A DNA stretch of 59,191 nucleotides, filler included, from Circinaria calcarea (lineage: Eukaryota): NCBI GenBank assembly GCA_051942165.1. It is 5 parts of 5 records of this genome, joined end to end, with 100 filler letters (N's around TTAATTAATTAA, not from the genome) between each part and the next. Parts side by side here need not be neighbours in the genome. Positions count along the whole stretch, not along the records: positions 11,873 to 23,638 come from JAVECS010000648.1; positions 23,739 to 35,496 come from JAVECS010000649.1; 3 more parts are not named here. One strand, given 5' to 3'. The translations under genes and the position numbers were made by a program. This document shows positions 21,694-34,758 of the stretch, one piece after another. Every line of letters begins with the position of its first letter. The stretch's first letter is position 1. The notes below the pieces were generated by a model, which worked only from the letters and a program-made list of their open reading frames with translations, was not told the DNA's origin and searched no databases.

Positions 21694-23154
21694 GCGCTTC
21701 AGTTGGGAGGATCTTGGCGTTGATGGCCCAATCTTTGATAGACGTGATGTTTGGTAGTCGATTGGGTAGATTCCCCTACGGTTACGAGCAATGTCAGCGA
21801 TTGATGATAGGGAAAGGCGGGCAGAAAGGAGGAGGTATCCATCCTCGCCAAAAGTAGCCTTGAACATGTTGAATCGCCTTCAATGTATAATAACTTCAAA
21901 CTTGTTCCATTATGATGCAGAAATAAAACATCATAAAGCTGCTCCAGTTGCGTGTATTTCCACGACGTGGAAACTATCAAGTAAAGAAATGTCCTCCAAT
22001 GTCTAGAGTAGAGCACGGAGTAGGTGATGCGTCTCGCCTCGCGCTTGAAGCGCTTAAAATCAAATCAACGATCAACGACATCCCATCCCATCCCATCATC
22101 CCTGCGACAAACACACTCTCCTCCTACTTTCCCGAACCACCTTGACTATCGAAATTTGCAAACAACTCCCCTCCCCATCCACAAGTAAATCTTATCTCTG
22201 TCTGTAACTTGGAAACTCTGTATGTACTTGGGGAATCACATGGTTGGTTGGTTGGTTGGTTGGTGATTAACAAAAAGTTCGCGTGCGAAAAAGGGGATGG
22301 ATGATAGATAAATAGGTTTGAGAGAATTTCTCTTCTCCCATTTGAAACTTTTGAACCTGGTTTTGTTACTGTACTGTACTGTACTGTGTGCCTGCCTGTG
22401 GGGCCTTGCTGGCTGCTGCACCTTGTGAAAATTGCGAATGCGACATGCGAAATGCGAATGTTGAAATCATGGGGACACTTTTTTTTCCTCATAAATCTGT
22501 TCTTGGTGATCTGTATTGGTTGCATCCTCCCGTTCGTAGTTAGTGTAGGTGGGTAGGGTAGGTATTTATTTATTCTTCTCCTATGGGGAATAGAATTGCT
22601 GCGATGCTGTATGTGGTGGGTGGGTGGGTTTTCTTTAGTCGGTGAATCTTATATTCACCCTTTTCTCCTTGCCGGTGCCCGGATTCTGCCGAATTCTTTT
22701 CGAAATCCTTTTTTGTTGGCGCAGTAAAAGTGGAAGGAAGGTGGACCGAGGCGTTGGCGGGAATCGAACTCAGGACCTATGAGTGCCAAAAAAAAATTGG
22801 ATTTGGCCGGTAAGGCATGCTTTATTGGATAAATTTCCTTTGGGGGACCCCGTAAGGTGGCCAATTTCGCTCAATTCGGAAAGCTATTAACTTAATGGAA
22901 TTTTACAAGCATCCACTACACCAACAGCACCACCCGACCGGTTGACAAATAAACTTTAAATAAGGAATATAACCTCTACTTTCTGGTTACCATAGGTAGG
23001 ACTAGGACCCTGGTTTTCTTTAGCGAGGTAATATATAATGCATGCTACCTCCATCTCAAACCATCACGACACAACGATCACCATTTAGTGGTCTACCTTT
23101 ACATATTACAACATACCACCTACCACCACCACCACCACTACTACCACCACTACC

Positions 23155-23638
23155 ATGGACGTCACATCTCACCAGGCCGAGGTTGCCCCTCAAAAGTCGG
23201 CAAGGGAACGCCGAACAGCGAGGAAGAAGGCGAGCCGTATGCGACGCAAGCTGAGGAAGCGAGGCCAACTACCACGTAGGTGGCTATCTTCGTTTAAAGA
23301 TGACCATTTAATAACGTTCTCGTCTTATAGCAATGGAGGGCGACATAGAGCCTGTTGGGATCAACTACCTGCTTCGGCGTGCGCGGCTCGAAGAGCATGA
23401 TTTGCTCACCAAGGCCTCCGACCTCCCCCATCACGAGCGACGTAGGCGTTGGAAGGCAAACACCCTAAAAAGGCAGCTGGGGGCCATCAAGTCTATGACC
23501 AAGAGCAAGCGCCACCAAGTCTTTTTGGACTTGATGAGGCGGTTCGGGCCCGAGTCGGTGAAGGAGAGGGAGGGGAAAGGGAAGGGAAAGGGAAACCCGA
23601 AGAAGGTTAGGGCGAGACCGGGATTCGAGGGCAGTTTT
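23155..23638 (+). CDS. Highly basic hypothetical protein, cut at contig end
   Basis: ATG 23155; GTAGGT..ATAAC..TAG intron 23276-23330 joins exon 1 in frame to ORF 23333. Confidence 0.55.
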
Positions 23639-23738
23639 NNNNNNNNNNNNNNNNNNNNNNNNNNNNNNNNNNNNNNNNNNNNTTAATTAATTAANNNNNN
23701 NNNNNNNNNNNNNNNNNNNNNNNNNNNNNNNNNNNNNN
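23639..23738. other. Artificial contig spacer
   Basis: N44-TTAATTAATTAA-N44. Confidence 0.99.
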
Positions 23739-24047
23739 CGTCCATTTCCAGCAACGCGTATTTTGGTCGTCCGGCGGATGAACAGCTGGGCGTGGATGAG
23801 TATGGCAATTATGGGGATTTGGAGGGTGCGGCGAGGGATTTTGTACGCAAATTTGGGGTTTCGGCGGGGGATGAAGTGGACAAGCTGACAGAGGTTCTGG
23901 GGGAGGGGGCGAGTAGATTGCAGGGTAAGTCTCTCTTCTCTTTCCTCTATTTTCTCTTGGGGCTGGTTTGGAGGGCTGGAAACTGGGGTTGGAAATTGGA
24001 GCTGACTTTTGGTGCCAGGTGCCATACGGAGTTATCTCAATAGCTAG
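23739..24047 (+). CDS. GLO3: ARF GTPase-activating protein Glo3, 3' fragment
   Basis: SISSNAYFGRP...YGDLEGAARDFVRKFG...GEGASRLQ|GAIRSYLNS*; intron 23925-24018 (GTAAGT..GCTGAC..CAG). Confidence 0.85.
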
Positions 24048-24744
24048 GTTCGAAGATCCGTTTGCAGGAATTGTGCTGTATGACTCTAAGATATTATATG
24101 GTATTACGGTGGAAGCTTAAGGAGGGTTAGATAGCGGTGTCAACGAACGGACGGGTATCATAGTTATGCATGGCTTCAGTGTCACGGTGGCGAGGAGGAT
24201 GATTCCGCTGGCTCTAGTACAATGTACCGTACGTAGCTTATATGTTCTGTGGCGACAAGGAAAGAAACGACTGTTGCCGTGAATACAAAATATATTATAG
24301 CTTGTGGTAAAAACGAGTTAGCAAAGAAACTTTATCGAACAGGAGACCCAAACGGCCAAACCTTACCGACGAAAAAATATCTTGTTAGATCGATCGTTGG
24401 GGTCAGTTGATAACAGTAACAATAACAATAACGCTAACGATAGCCACGATGCCATGATGCCATGATGCTGAATTTTGGAAAAGCAGAATCTGGAATTGTA
24501 CGTCTTTATTCTCTAGGATTATCTATCTACTCACCTATATACATGCAACGCTGGGCGCAATGGGCCTTTCTAGAGTTCGCTCTTGTCATAACCCCCATTC
24601 TTAATCTTCCAGATATCCACACCGCTGTGCTTAAAATCATACATACAGATTCCCCTAGTATCTACATTTCGCTTCTTACACAAAAACTTTACTCACCTCC
24701 CTCCTCTAACCCCCAAATCTCTCCTCCCAAAGGAGACTCTCCCC

Positions 24745-27291
24745 TCAAACCCTCCAAATCGCCTCCCCCATCCGCACCACCTCCCTCATCTCCCTCACAT
24801 CATGCACCCTCACCACATCCGCCCCTCCTCTCACAGCGGCAGTCACACAAGCCGCCGTGCCCATGATCCTCTCCCTTGCCTCCCCGACCTCCGTGATCTT
24901 CCCGATGAACCCCTTTCGGCTGGTACCCACACACCAAGGAAATCCTCTCAGACCCTCCCAGTCGCGTAATTCGTCGAAGCGTCTCAGAAGCTCGAGGTTT
25001 TGGGCTTGGGTTTTCGCGAAGCCGATGCCTGGGTCGAGGATGATGCGCCAGCGGAAAATACCGGCTGCTTCTGCCGCGCGGACGCGGGCGAGGAGTTCGG
25101 TGGCGACGCCGTGGATGATACCGGAAGGGTAGGATGTTAGAGAGGTCATAGTGTCGGGAGTGCCCCGCATGTGCATGAGGATAACGGTGCAGCCGAACTT
25201 GGCGACTGTGGGGAGCATTTCCGGGTCCATGACGCCAGCGGAGACGTCATTGATGATGTTCGCGCCTGCTTCGATAGCCGCTGCGGCGACGGAGGCACGG
25301 TAGGTGTCGATTGAAAGAGCGAGGGAGTTGAATGCTTGGCTGGAGCGGATGGAGTTGATGGTAGGGAGGATGCGCAAGAGCTCTTCAGCTGAGGAGACTT
25401 GAGGAGCATGGGGCCGAGTGGATTGGCCGCCTATGTCGAGGATGGTGGCGCCGGAGGAAAGGAAGGAGTTGAGGGTTGGAAGGAGTGTAGTTGGGTCGGG
25501 TTTGTGTACATCACCATCGGAAAAGGAGTCAGGAGTTAGGTTAAGGATGGCCATTAGGTGGGTTTTACGGGTGGCGGAGAGAGATGTGATGGGAGGGAGA
25601 AAAGGAGCTAGAGGTGTAAGGGGTAAAAGGGGTGTGGCCGGGCGGGGGAGGTTTTCGAGATGAGCTTTAAATGTTGCCGTAATTTCATGAGCTGGAAGAG
25701 TCTGGTTGGGAATCAAGCTGAGATCGTGAGCGACACCCAATGTATAGAGAGAGCTTAGGGACTTACTCGCATAAAGGCCGAAGAACAAACTCTCGTTCAA
25801 GCATGGATTTATGAGGGATACAAAGATCTTCACGGTTCACTATCTCCTTGTCGTAAAGAAGAATATCCAAATCGATATTCCGCGGTCCTTTGTCGACTGT
25901 TTTCCGTCTACCAAGCCTGTTCTCGATACCCTTTAACTTACTAAGGAGTTCGGAAGGCGAGGAATTCGTTTCAACCTGTTGTCTCAAGTCTCAGTCTGAA
26001 ATCGCAAGGGTGGTGATGAGGTACACCTGGATTTAAAATTTGGGAGATACTAACCTCACAGACGCCGTTGAGGAAGGAATCCTGCTCTTTAACATACATG
26101 GCCTCAGTCTCGTAAAGTGCACTCGTCCGAATTACCTTGATACCGCCTTTAGCCATTTCCTTGCAAGCCCTTTCAATCCAATTACAACGATCGCCCATGT
26201 TACTACCTAAGGCAATATATACCTTAGGATAGGCGCCGCTTTTTCGAATTAGAGACATCTTGGGGATTTCAGAAGACTCGTATTCAGATCGCGTACGCTG
26301 GCCACTTATCGTTTGGGCCCTGGATTGGGTGGTTAAGGTTTCAGAACTCTGGTCTTGGTCTGCGGTGCAGAAGGCAACGTCCATAAGTGTGTCAATGGAT
26401 GTAGAGTTTCTTGATGCCGATAAATATTTTGACGTCGTAGCCTCATACAGTTTTTGATGCACGCTGAGTACCCGAGGATCGAACGCTTCTTGCCTTATGC
26501 ATGGTGCAACCGTTGCTAACGGAACAATCGATTCTTTGGGCGTTCTAGGATATTCGTATACCGTTTTCATGGTCACCCATCCGTTCCTCTTGTTCACTTC
26601 GTTGAGCAGATCTCTACCGCTTTTAGAAGCAGAAAATGGCCATACGCTGATATGCTTGTAGCTGCTAATGCCAAATCCACTTCGACGATCATACAGCAGC
26701 TGGAACGTAGTCAAGGGATTAGTCCGTAAATGGCTACGCAAGCTCGCACTTTCCGGGGTCCAGAACCGCGTGCGAATATCTATCTTCGAGATACTAGGAT
26801 ATGAAAAGGAAATTCGATGGCAAATCTGATGTTCGAGGTCGACCATAGGTAGGTCAAGGCTGAATGACTCTTTGACAAGTTCTCGAACATTGAAGAGTTT
26901 AGCCCAAGCGATAGACGGCTCTCTAGCCCGGCAGAGATCAAGATCGCGAGCCATCCGCAGAGAGGCACTCACCAAATCCCACTTTCCTTTAAAGGTCCTT
27001 TAATTTGATAAGAAGGCAACCTCCATAGCGAACCCGAAGGAGAACTGAGCAAACTTACTCTTGAGGGAAATGAAGATTGAGTGACTCAACTCCCCGACTT
27101 AATCCCCGACTCAATCCCCGACTGCGGCTCTGGTGGAAGGGCCTTGGGAAGAGTAGACATGTTGGACGCCATTGCTGGGGGTAAGTCTGAAGAAGGTGTG
27201 AAGGATGGGCGTAGACGGGAAGACGAATCCTCAGGCCCGGCGTGGATTTCAAGGGAAGGAGAAAAGTGGGAGAAGTATTCCATGCAGACAT
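24745..27291 (-). CDS. FOL1: Folate synthesis protein, HPPK + dihydropteroate synthase (5' structure uncertain)
   Basis: HPPK motifs YIALGSNMGDR and GPRNIDLDILLY; DHPS motifs ILNLTPDSFSDG, DIGGQSTRP, LDPGIGFAK, SRKGFIG, VRVHDV. Introns 25976-26054 and 25718-25766. A putative first exon 27291-27059 joins in frame via 26998-27058. Confidence 0.9.
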
Positions 27292-27632
27292 TGAGAGGAG
27301 ATATGCCCATTGTCCAAAGTGAACGAAGGGTCACGTCATGACAGTTTCTACCAATTGAGGCGTACACAACTACGAAAGTCTGTACCTTTGACGTCGAATA
27401 AACCTACCATGTCCGGAAGCAGACAAGCGTGATCTGGGGGAAGATGCCTCGGCTCGGAGTCTCGACTGGGATTCCCATTATCCCATGATTATCGTACTCC
27501 GTCGTAGTGTCCGACTTTATAAGTCCTGGAGATCCCCCCCCAAACTTCTGACTCTTCATCCCTCGTAGAAACGGCGACGGATCCTGCCTCAACCTCAGCC
27601 ACGCTCCTTTACACTTCAATCACCCTTCCACC

Positions 27633-28874
27633 ATGGCGTCCCCACGTAAGCTCCTGTGTTCAGGTACCCCTTCATGTCTGGCATGTGCTTACACCATCAT
27701 AGAGCAGATCCGAACGACCGTCACCGACCTCCTGAAGATCAACCACCCGGTCATGTTGGCTGGTATGAACGTTGCCGCTGGCCCCAAGCTTGCCGCTGCT
27801 GTTACGAATGCCGGAGGTCTCGGCGTCATCGGCGGGGTTGGCTATACACCAGACATGCTACGGGAGCAGATTGCGGAACTGAAGGGGTACTTGAAAGATC
27901 AGAATGCACCTTTCGGCGTAGATCTCTTGATACCTCAGGTCGGTGGGAGTGCCAGAAAGACCAAGTATATACTCCGCGTCCATTTTGCCCTCAGAACTAT
28001 GACCATTAACACTACCGTCCTTTAGCTACGATTACACCAAAGGCAAACTCGACGAACTAGTCACCATCATCATCGATAGCGGAGCCAAGCTTTTCGTCTC
28101 CGCGGTTGGCGTCCCACCCAAGCATGTTGTCGAGCGCCTCCACAAATCCGGAGTCCTGTACATGAACATGATTGGTCACCCGAAACACGTGCAGAAATGC
28201 CTAGACGTCGGCGTGGATATGATTTGTGCGCAAGGTGGAGAGGGAGGTGGGCATACCGGAGATGTACCTACGACTATCCTTATCCCGACGGTAGCCGCGA
28301 TGGTTAAGGGTAAGAAAAGTCCCATGACTGGCGATCAGGTTCAAGTCGTCGCTGCTGGTGGGTTATTTAATGGGCAATCGTTAGCAGCCGCGCTCATGCT
28401 TGGGGCAAATGCTGTCTGGATCGGTACAAGATTTGTACTCTCGGAAGAAGCTGGTGCGCCCAGAGCACATCAGGAGGCAGTGAGGACATCTGGCTTTGAT
28501 GATAATGTTCGAACGATCATTTTCACAGTAAGTAAGGCTTCCAAAGTTGACCTGCTCCTTATTTACGAGTTTAGGGACGCCCGCTGCGCGTTCGAAATAA
28601 TGCCTATATCAAGAACTGGGAGGAAAACCGGGCTCAGGAGATCAAGGATCTGACCGCGAAAGGTGTCATTCCAGTAGAGCACGATTTCGAAACCTTAGGG
28701 GACGATATTGATGACGAGACTATGGACAACGCTCGTCCATTCCTCATGGGTAAGGCGGCAGCCGTGGTCAACGAGAAGAAGACTGCCAAGGAGATCGTTG
28801 ATGAGATGGTTAGTGACGCTGTGGAGTGGCTTGGGAAGGGGCAGAAGATGGTAGCCAGGCAGTCAAAGCTGTAG
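27633..28874 (+). CDS. Nitronate monooxygenase / 2-nitropropane dioxygenase family flavoprotein
   Basis: HPVMLAGMNVAAGPKLAAAVTNAGGLGVIGG, QGGEGGGHTG, AAGGLFNG, GTRF. Introns 27646-27702, 27966-28025 and 28528-28574. Confidence 0.93.
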
Positions 28875-29410
28875 GGGAGAGGCTCGTGAAAAGAGATTTT
28901 GTAAATAGCACTTCAATTGAGTAATGTTCGTTCTAGCATGTAGCGTTGTCTTTGGTTGCATTGATGTATTCTTAGGATGAGCGTATTAGTATAGCAACCT
29001 AAGATATTCTGACCAAGGTGTGAGAGCTGTGCTAAATAATATAGGCACCATGCATGGAAAACCATAACTCTTGCCCGGTGGCTGATTGAGGACCCTACCG
29101 AAATCGCTACCGACACGAACGAATATCAAAATCCATCGTCTAGACCCTTCAAAACGCAAAAATACTGCTCCAGCAAGCCTCACCACATGTAACGCATCTT
29201 ATATCAAATTGGACATGACACAAACCACCAACTAACCCCTACGAAAAAAAAAACCATTCTTCAATCCCCTCTTAACGCAGTAAAACAGAAACGTCTCGAT
29301 CCACCTTCAACCCGCTTCGGTTTTTAGAACATGAATAAAAAACAAACCAAAAGAGAATCGCTACGAAAACCCCACCAGCCCACCCGCAATCCACCTCCTC
29401 TCACTCCCGC

Positions 29411-30286
29411 TCACACGGTCCACCAAACCCTCCCGTTCTCCTGCACAAAAGGAGCCGGCGTCGATCGACGTACCGCCGCCCTCTCCTTCCAGACCCTCTC
29501 ATTCCTCCGCACAGGTGCGACCGGAAACGACGCAGGCCCGGACGCAGGCACAGATACCACCTCCGTCTCCAACCGCGGTTGAGCCACGCACGCGCGGCGC
29601 TGCACGACGGAGGGATACGGCGTCGCGACCCTCGTGGCTACGGTCGCGGGTGCCGGTTTGGCGGCCGAATGGCTGGCTAACAATGATCATTAGAAAACAG
29701 AAACAGATGGGGGGGAAAATGCAGAGAAGAGAAGAAACTGACTCCTCGTCTCGGCCCTAGTCTTAGCCTTAGCCTTAGCCTTCCTCGTCCCCCTAAGCTC
29801 CCAGCTCCGGATCTTCCGCACACACCGTTTGACGCTGCCCTTCAGCTCGGAGAGACCGAGCCTCTTCCGCGCATGCGCCTTCGCATTCGCCGCTGCGGCC
29901 TTCTTGACCGCATTTTCCTCGGCGATCATGCGCGCGTAGAGGCTGCTATACCGGCTTCCCTCTGCCGGTGCTACTGACCGTTCGGCGTCCCGTTCGACGG
30001 CTTGCTGCCGCCGGAGAGCGATCTCCTCCATGCGGGCAGTGATGATATTGATGTGGTGGTCGCTGTCGATGGAGGGCGCACGGCGGGAACTGTTGCGGGC
30101 GCGGAGATGGGCAATGAAGTCGGCGTTGAGGTCCGGAAGGACAGTGAGGCGGGGCGGGAGGTTAGGGTAGTCGTAGCGGGCGTAGCAGGGGTGGAGGACG
30201 TAGTCTGGGAGGCCGGCGGGATTCGAGAAGTAGGAGCAAGTTGGTGAAGGCATAGTGGGAGAGGTAGTGGTGGTGGTGGAAGACAT
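29411..30286 (-). CDS. Hypothetical basic protein
   Basis: ATG 30286; intron 29677-29742 (GTCAGT..CTAAT..TAG) joins ORFs 29690-30286 and 29411-29683 in frame; GC3-rich codons. Confidence 0.6.
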
Positions 30287-30739
30287 TGTGGGAGCTGTTG
30301 GACGGGGTTAGCTGGTTTCTTTTGAAGGAAGTGTATGAGAATGGAGATGGCTGAGAAGATGGGTGGTATATGTAAGAGGGGGCCCGGGAACTTTCTGCCA
30401 GAGATGGTGGTATATGGAAAGGAGTATGTATTAAAAATCCCATACATGCAGCGATACCGGTAAAAAGGGGGCTATTCGGTAAAAAAGGGGGGGCCAGAAA
30501 GAATGCTTCGAAGTAAAGATTGAAGGACGAGAAGACAATGACCAGAGTGCCAGAACAAAAAACAAAGCACAGGAAGTGCCCCGTCTTATAAAACCCGAGA
30601 TACTCGAGCGCAGGACGCAGTCGAGATCAGAATGCCAAAGTTTCGGCAAGCACGGTGGTCGTCGGTATTGAAATGCCTCAACGGGGAATAGGAGGAGTCA
30701 TGTTAAACTCTTGGCTCCGAAGGTGAAGTGGAGTAGGTT

Positions 30740-33700
30740 ACTTTTTATAGCCTAGATGTGGAGTGTGAGAGCTCGGAAGGTTTCGAGGGTTGGGGGTTTG
30801 AAGTGATAATGGGGGAAATAAGGAGCAGAACCTTTGGGGCTTTCTTTCCTTTCGCTGACTGCGTTGAATGAGAGGCGGTTTCTGGCGCTGGCGATGGTGG
30901 GTCGACAATGCGTACAGCCCGTAGAGGCTACTTTCAGCCCCTAAGCTTTGGTCATTGGTCTCTGAGTAGGATCCCATACCGCACAGGCCAGATTATCCAG
31001 TGAGACATTATCTTTCAGTCCGAAGGTAAATGTAGAAACAGTACGCTCGAGCTGGTAAATCGCCCACTTTTTGGCATTGTGAGAGCGGGAGGAGCGGCTT
31101 ATTATAGCTCGCTCGAGTAAGGTTATACTTCTTTGTATTTGTAGGAGCAACTAAAAAGGCTGTATCGAGGAAATAACGTCTGGTGTAGACGAATCGAGTG
31201 CCTGTGCTTCCCACATGGACAAGGACTATCAAACCTCATCGGATACACCGCCCCAGAGTCTACCATCCGATACGCCTCTATATTTCCCACATCGATGCCG
31301 GCTAGCGCCCTACCCACCCATTCCTTATAGTAGGTGCCTTTCTAGTGGTTATTCCGCTGCGGTTGCGGGCGGCAGTATCGGCAAGGCACGAATGACTTGA
31401 AGATCCACTGGGATTTCTTGGCGAGAGAGATTTCGAGTGAAGAGTGTTGGAATGGTGGACGGAGACAACTCGATGGTGGTTTCATAATCTTTGCTGAAAT
31501 CTAGATATTGGTAATACGAATGAGGTGATCTTAGAACCGTGAGGATTATCAGTGCGGAAGGGAACCTCTGCAGTTTGTTCTGTTTAGGCTTCTTCTTCGG
31601 CCGCTTTTCCTGCTCACTTGTGATAATTGATCTGTTGAACTTGGGTTGCATCAACCGTTGATGTTGATATATATGACGTGTGTGGCAGGGCTTCCTACCG
31701 CAGGTGTTATAGGTAACAGAGAATACATTGTTAAAAGGAACGTGCGGATGGGCAGTTGGTATATAGCTCTTTAGCTCGCCTGCTCCGGTAAACACCCGAT
31801 AGCACCGCGGCTACGAACTCCTATATTTCCAATACTACCAGGTGCATCATTGGCTAGGTGCGAATATTCAACAGCATAGTGTACCTGCCTTCGTAACTCT
31901 AGGCGCAAGCGCCACAATGCCGACAGACATAACTAAGGCCACTTTAGCCTCCTATACTTTGGCTGGAGCAATCCATTCTTTGCCAGTTCCAAAGAAGTTT
32001 TTGTCCCAACAATAGAGTTTTGACAGATAACCAGCTGGTTAGTCGCTATATCTTCGCAGCACAACGTAGCCAGAGGTAAAATTGGTTGGATAAAGAGCTG
32101 GGATAGGTAGTTCTTCCATTCTTGCTAATAGTTGCATGGCCTTTGCGATCTTTGGCTGGAGACGGAGGAGTCTCAGCATGCCCCTTTCCCTTGGATGATG
32201 ATTGCAAAAGTATGGCAAGGTCATTTCTGATATCTTCGACATGATTGCTCATAGGGTCTGAAAGGTATAGTTATCATCAGGATTTTTGGCCGACTTCGGG
32301 AGAGGTGTGGTTGTTTCTTTTTATTAAATGATTGCTTGGCACGTGATATGGGCACGCATCCATGCGTGAGGCGCAGTAGGCTCCATTGTATGTATCGGGT
32401 TTTAATCTGAAAGCTGGCTTGAGGAACCCATATCCATCATTTAGACTGACCGTCATTGAAACGGATAGTCGCACGAGCCAAACAGGTTGAGACTGGTTGA
32501 GGTAGAGGAATATTCACGGTGAGTGAGAATGAGGTGATCGACATAAGGCAGAGGGTAGTAAGTACACAGACTTCAACTTTTCAATCAACAAGATGAGGGG
32601 TCTTTGTAAAACGCTTGAACAGACGTTCTGTAAAGAGATTTCAGAACTGCTCCTAACCTTTTCTAGAAATCCCCTTATATTCAGACTCTCGAAGTTAGAA
32701 AATCAGTTCACAGCTTCGGCTGAGAGCCCAAAGCTTACTTGTTAAAATATTCACTACGGACTTGTTCGTGCCTTTTTCTGATAATCCATCCTTAAGAGGT
32801 TCTGCCTTATAAAGAGGTTTCACAGGTTGTGAGGGGCGAACAGCCCACACTCTCGAGGACGACTTTTATGTCAAGTTGTCAAGAATTACTCCTTGACCTA
32901 ATCATTCCCGATTTCGAAGTTTTAGCGAGTCTTATTTCTGGATTGCGGTCGGGTAACATCCACAATGGCGCTAATTGTGATGGCCAAGACGATGTGTAGT
33001 TGGAGGGCTTCCGTGCTGAATAAATAAACCGGTTATATACCGGATATCCGCGCACCTTTCAATGCAACCTTAGCGTAAGAGGCGTGCTCGCGAAGCTCGA
33101 TCCGTAGATTGGGGAATCTTGAATACGGCTTGAAAGAGTACGTCATTAGTACCTGTCAATTGCTCGTATGTCTCCCTAGTGAGGAAGTTGTAGTCTTTTA
33201 TGATAACGTGTAAATTCCGCGGGTATAAGCTGTTTGCAGCGTTCAATGTCCTTACAACAGTTAAACTTAAATAGTAAGGAATAAATGAGGTTTCCGTGGT
33301 AAGTATATACCCTATATAAATCAATAATCACCATGTGATACCGTCCACAAATATGATCGTTTGTCGTGGATTTAGTAGATGATAGCTCCAAGCCTATGCT
33401 GAAGTTTGCTGCTGATAGCGCTTTACATATTCAATAGAGTAATAATGATCACCCTTCCTCGTCAGTTTACTTTTGCACTGCACCGAAGCGTCCGTTAAAC
33501 GGCTTGTCGTTGAGACCTTGGAGAAGCCTCCATATTCGAAACTGCTATAGGGGTCTGTAGACTGTGTGGTAACGTGCTCTAATACGTCGCGTAGAATATA
33601 AATGGGGCTCAGGAGGAGCATTTTCTCTGTTAAGTTTTCTCTGGCGGGCCCCAGGTCGGTTCTGATAGGGGACTTTGCAATTCTCGGGATTCAGCCCTTT

Positions 33701-34100
33701 GTATGCCGTCTTTCCGATATCGTCCTCTGAAAACGCGAGCCGAACTGCATCACCTGAAGGAAATTTGGATCACTCGACTTTTCGGTCAGGGACTGTATGG
33801 TAACCTCCTTGCTTTCCCGCGCAGCGGATTGCGAAGGATGTGAATCCACCCAGACACAAGTTAGGTTTCCCAATCAACAATTGGATTCTGCCTTTGGAGC
33901 CAGGGTAGGCCCAGATGATTGATTCCGCGGTATCTGCAGTAGTGGAAGGTTCGCAGGCCTTCAAGAGGACTCCCAGTGAGTCCTTTATCTCTATGACTTC
34001 ATGAACAACCAAATATCACATAGGACATTCCATCCTCTGGGGCTTTTTTGAATATCTTTTTCACCTGGGAAAAGGGAAATCTTCATCTGCGCCATTAGTA
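30740..34100 (-). pseudogene. Heavily decayed long gene remnant (boundaries approximate)
   Basis: Short ORFs in this interval are almost all on the minus strand. 33691-33873, 33394-33621 and 33070-33324 share a frame and are separated by isolated stops. No intact gene in ~4 kb. Confidence 0.45.
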
Positions 34101-34758
34101 TATTCCCGAGACTCTCGAAGTAGACGGCAGTTCCTCCAGACTACCTATCTAAAACAGAATTATCCAATATATCGGGCGGTGTACAGCAGGACGACATTTG
34201 CAAGACTGCCATGGAACGATTTGTATTGGTTCACGTACGACATCCCTTTTATATTATCCAAGGACTAACTGGCTCTCTTTAGCATATTGGTCATATCTGA
34301 AGCAATCCCCGAGCTATCAAGCTGCTAAAAAGACGAATTCGTAGTAAGTCAACTATAATCTAGTCAACAGTGCAACGGAGGTGCACGTTACAATCGGGTA
34401 CTCATCATATTTAGGACTGCTAATTCAGATGATGCGGAAGTGGTCAGGGCAAGGGATGGAGTCTTCTCAGAGACCCTACAGAGTAAAGCGGTACGTGAGC
34501 GTCTAAAAGTAGATCGGAAGTCGGACGGATTATTCCGAGTCTTCCAGGGTATTGGAGGCCCTCGATTCTTCCATCAATTCATCTGAAGGTTTAGGTCAGA
34601 GGCGACCCTGCAACGATCATGTCTTTGCTGGGACTTGATTATTTGCAGTATTCAGTCTCACCTACTTGCTTCCGCCCTCGTCTGGGAAAGCGGAAAGGGG
34701 AAAGCGAATCCATCGCCTTCTCTAAATCGGATTGGCAAGCTCCCTCTAGTGCGTCAAG

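Noticed and set aside
22242..23153. GGTT, TACTG and CCA/CTA short repeats as telomeric or functional arrays
   Set aside because: Ordinary microsatellites; not TTAGGG arrays.
27646..27702. Cys-rich N-terminal insert in the nitronate monooxygenase ORF
   Set aside because: It is a stop-free 57-nt GTAAGC..TAG intron read through by the ORF finder.
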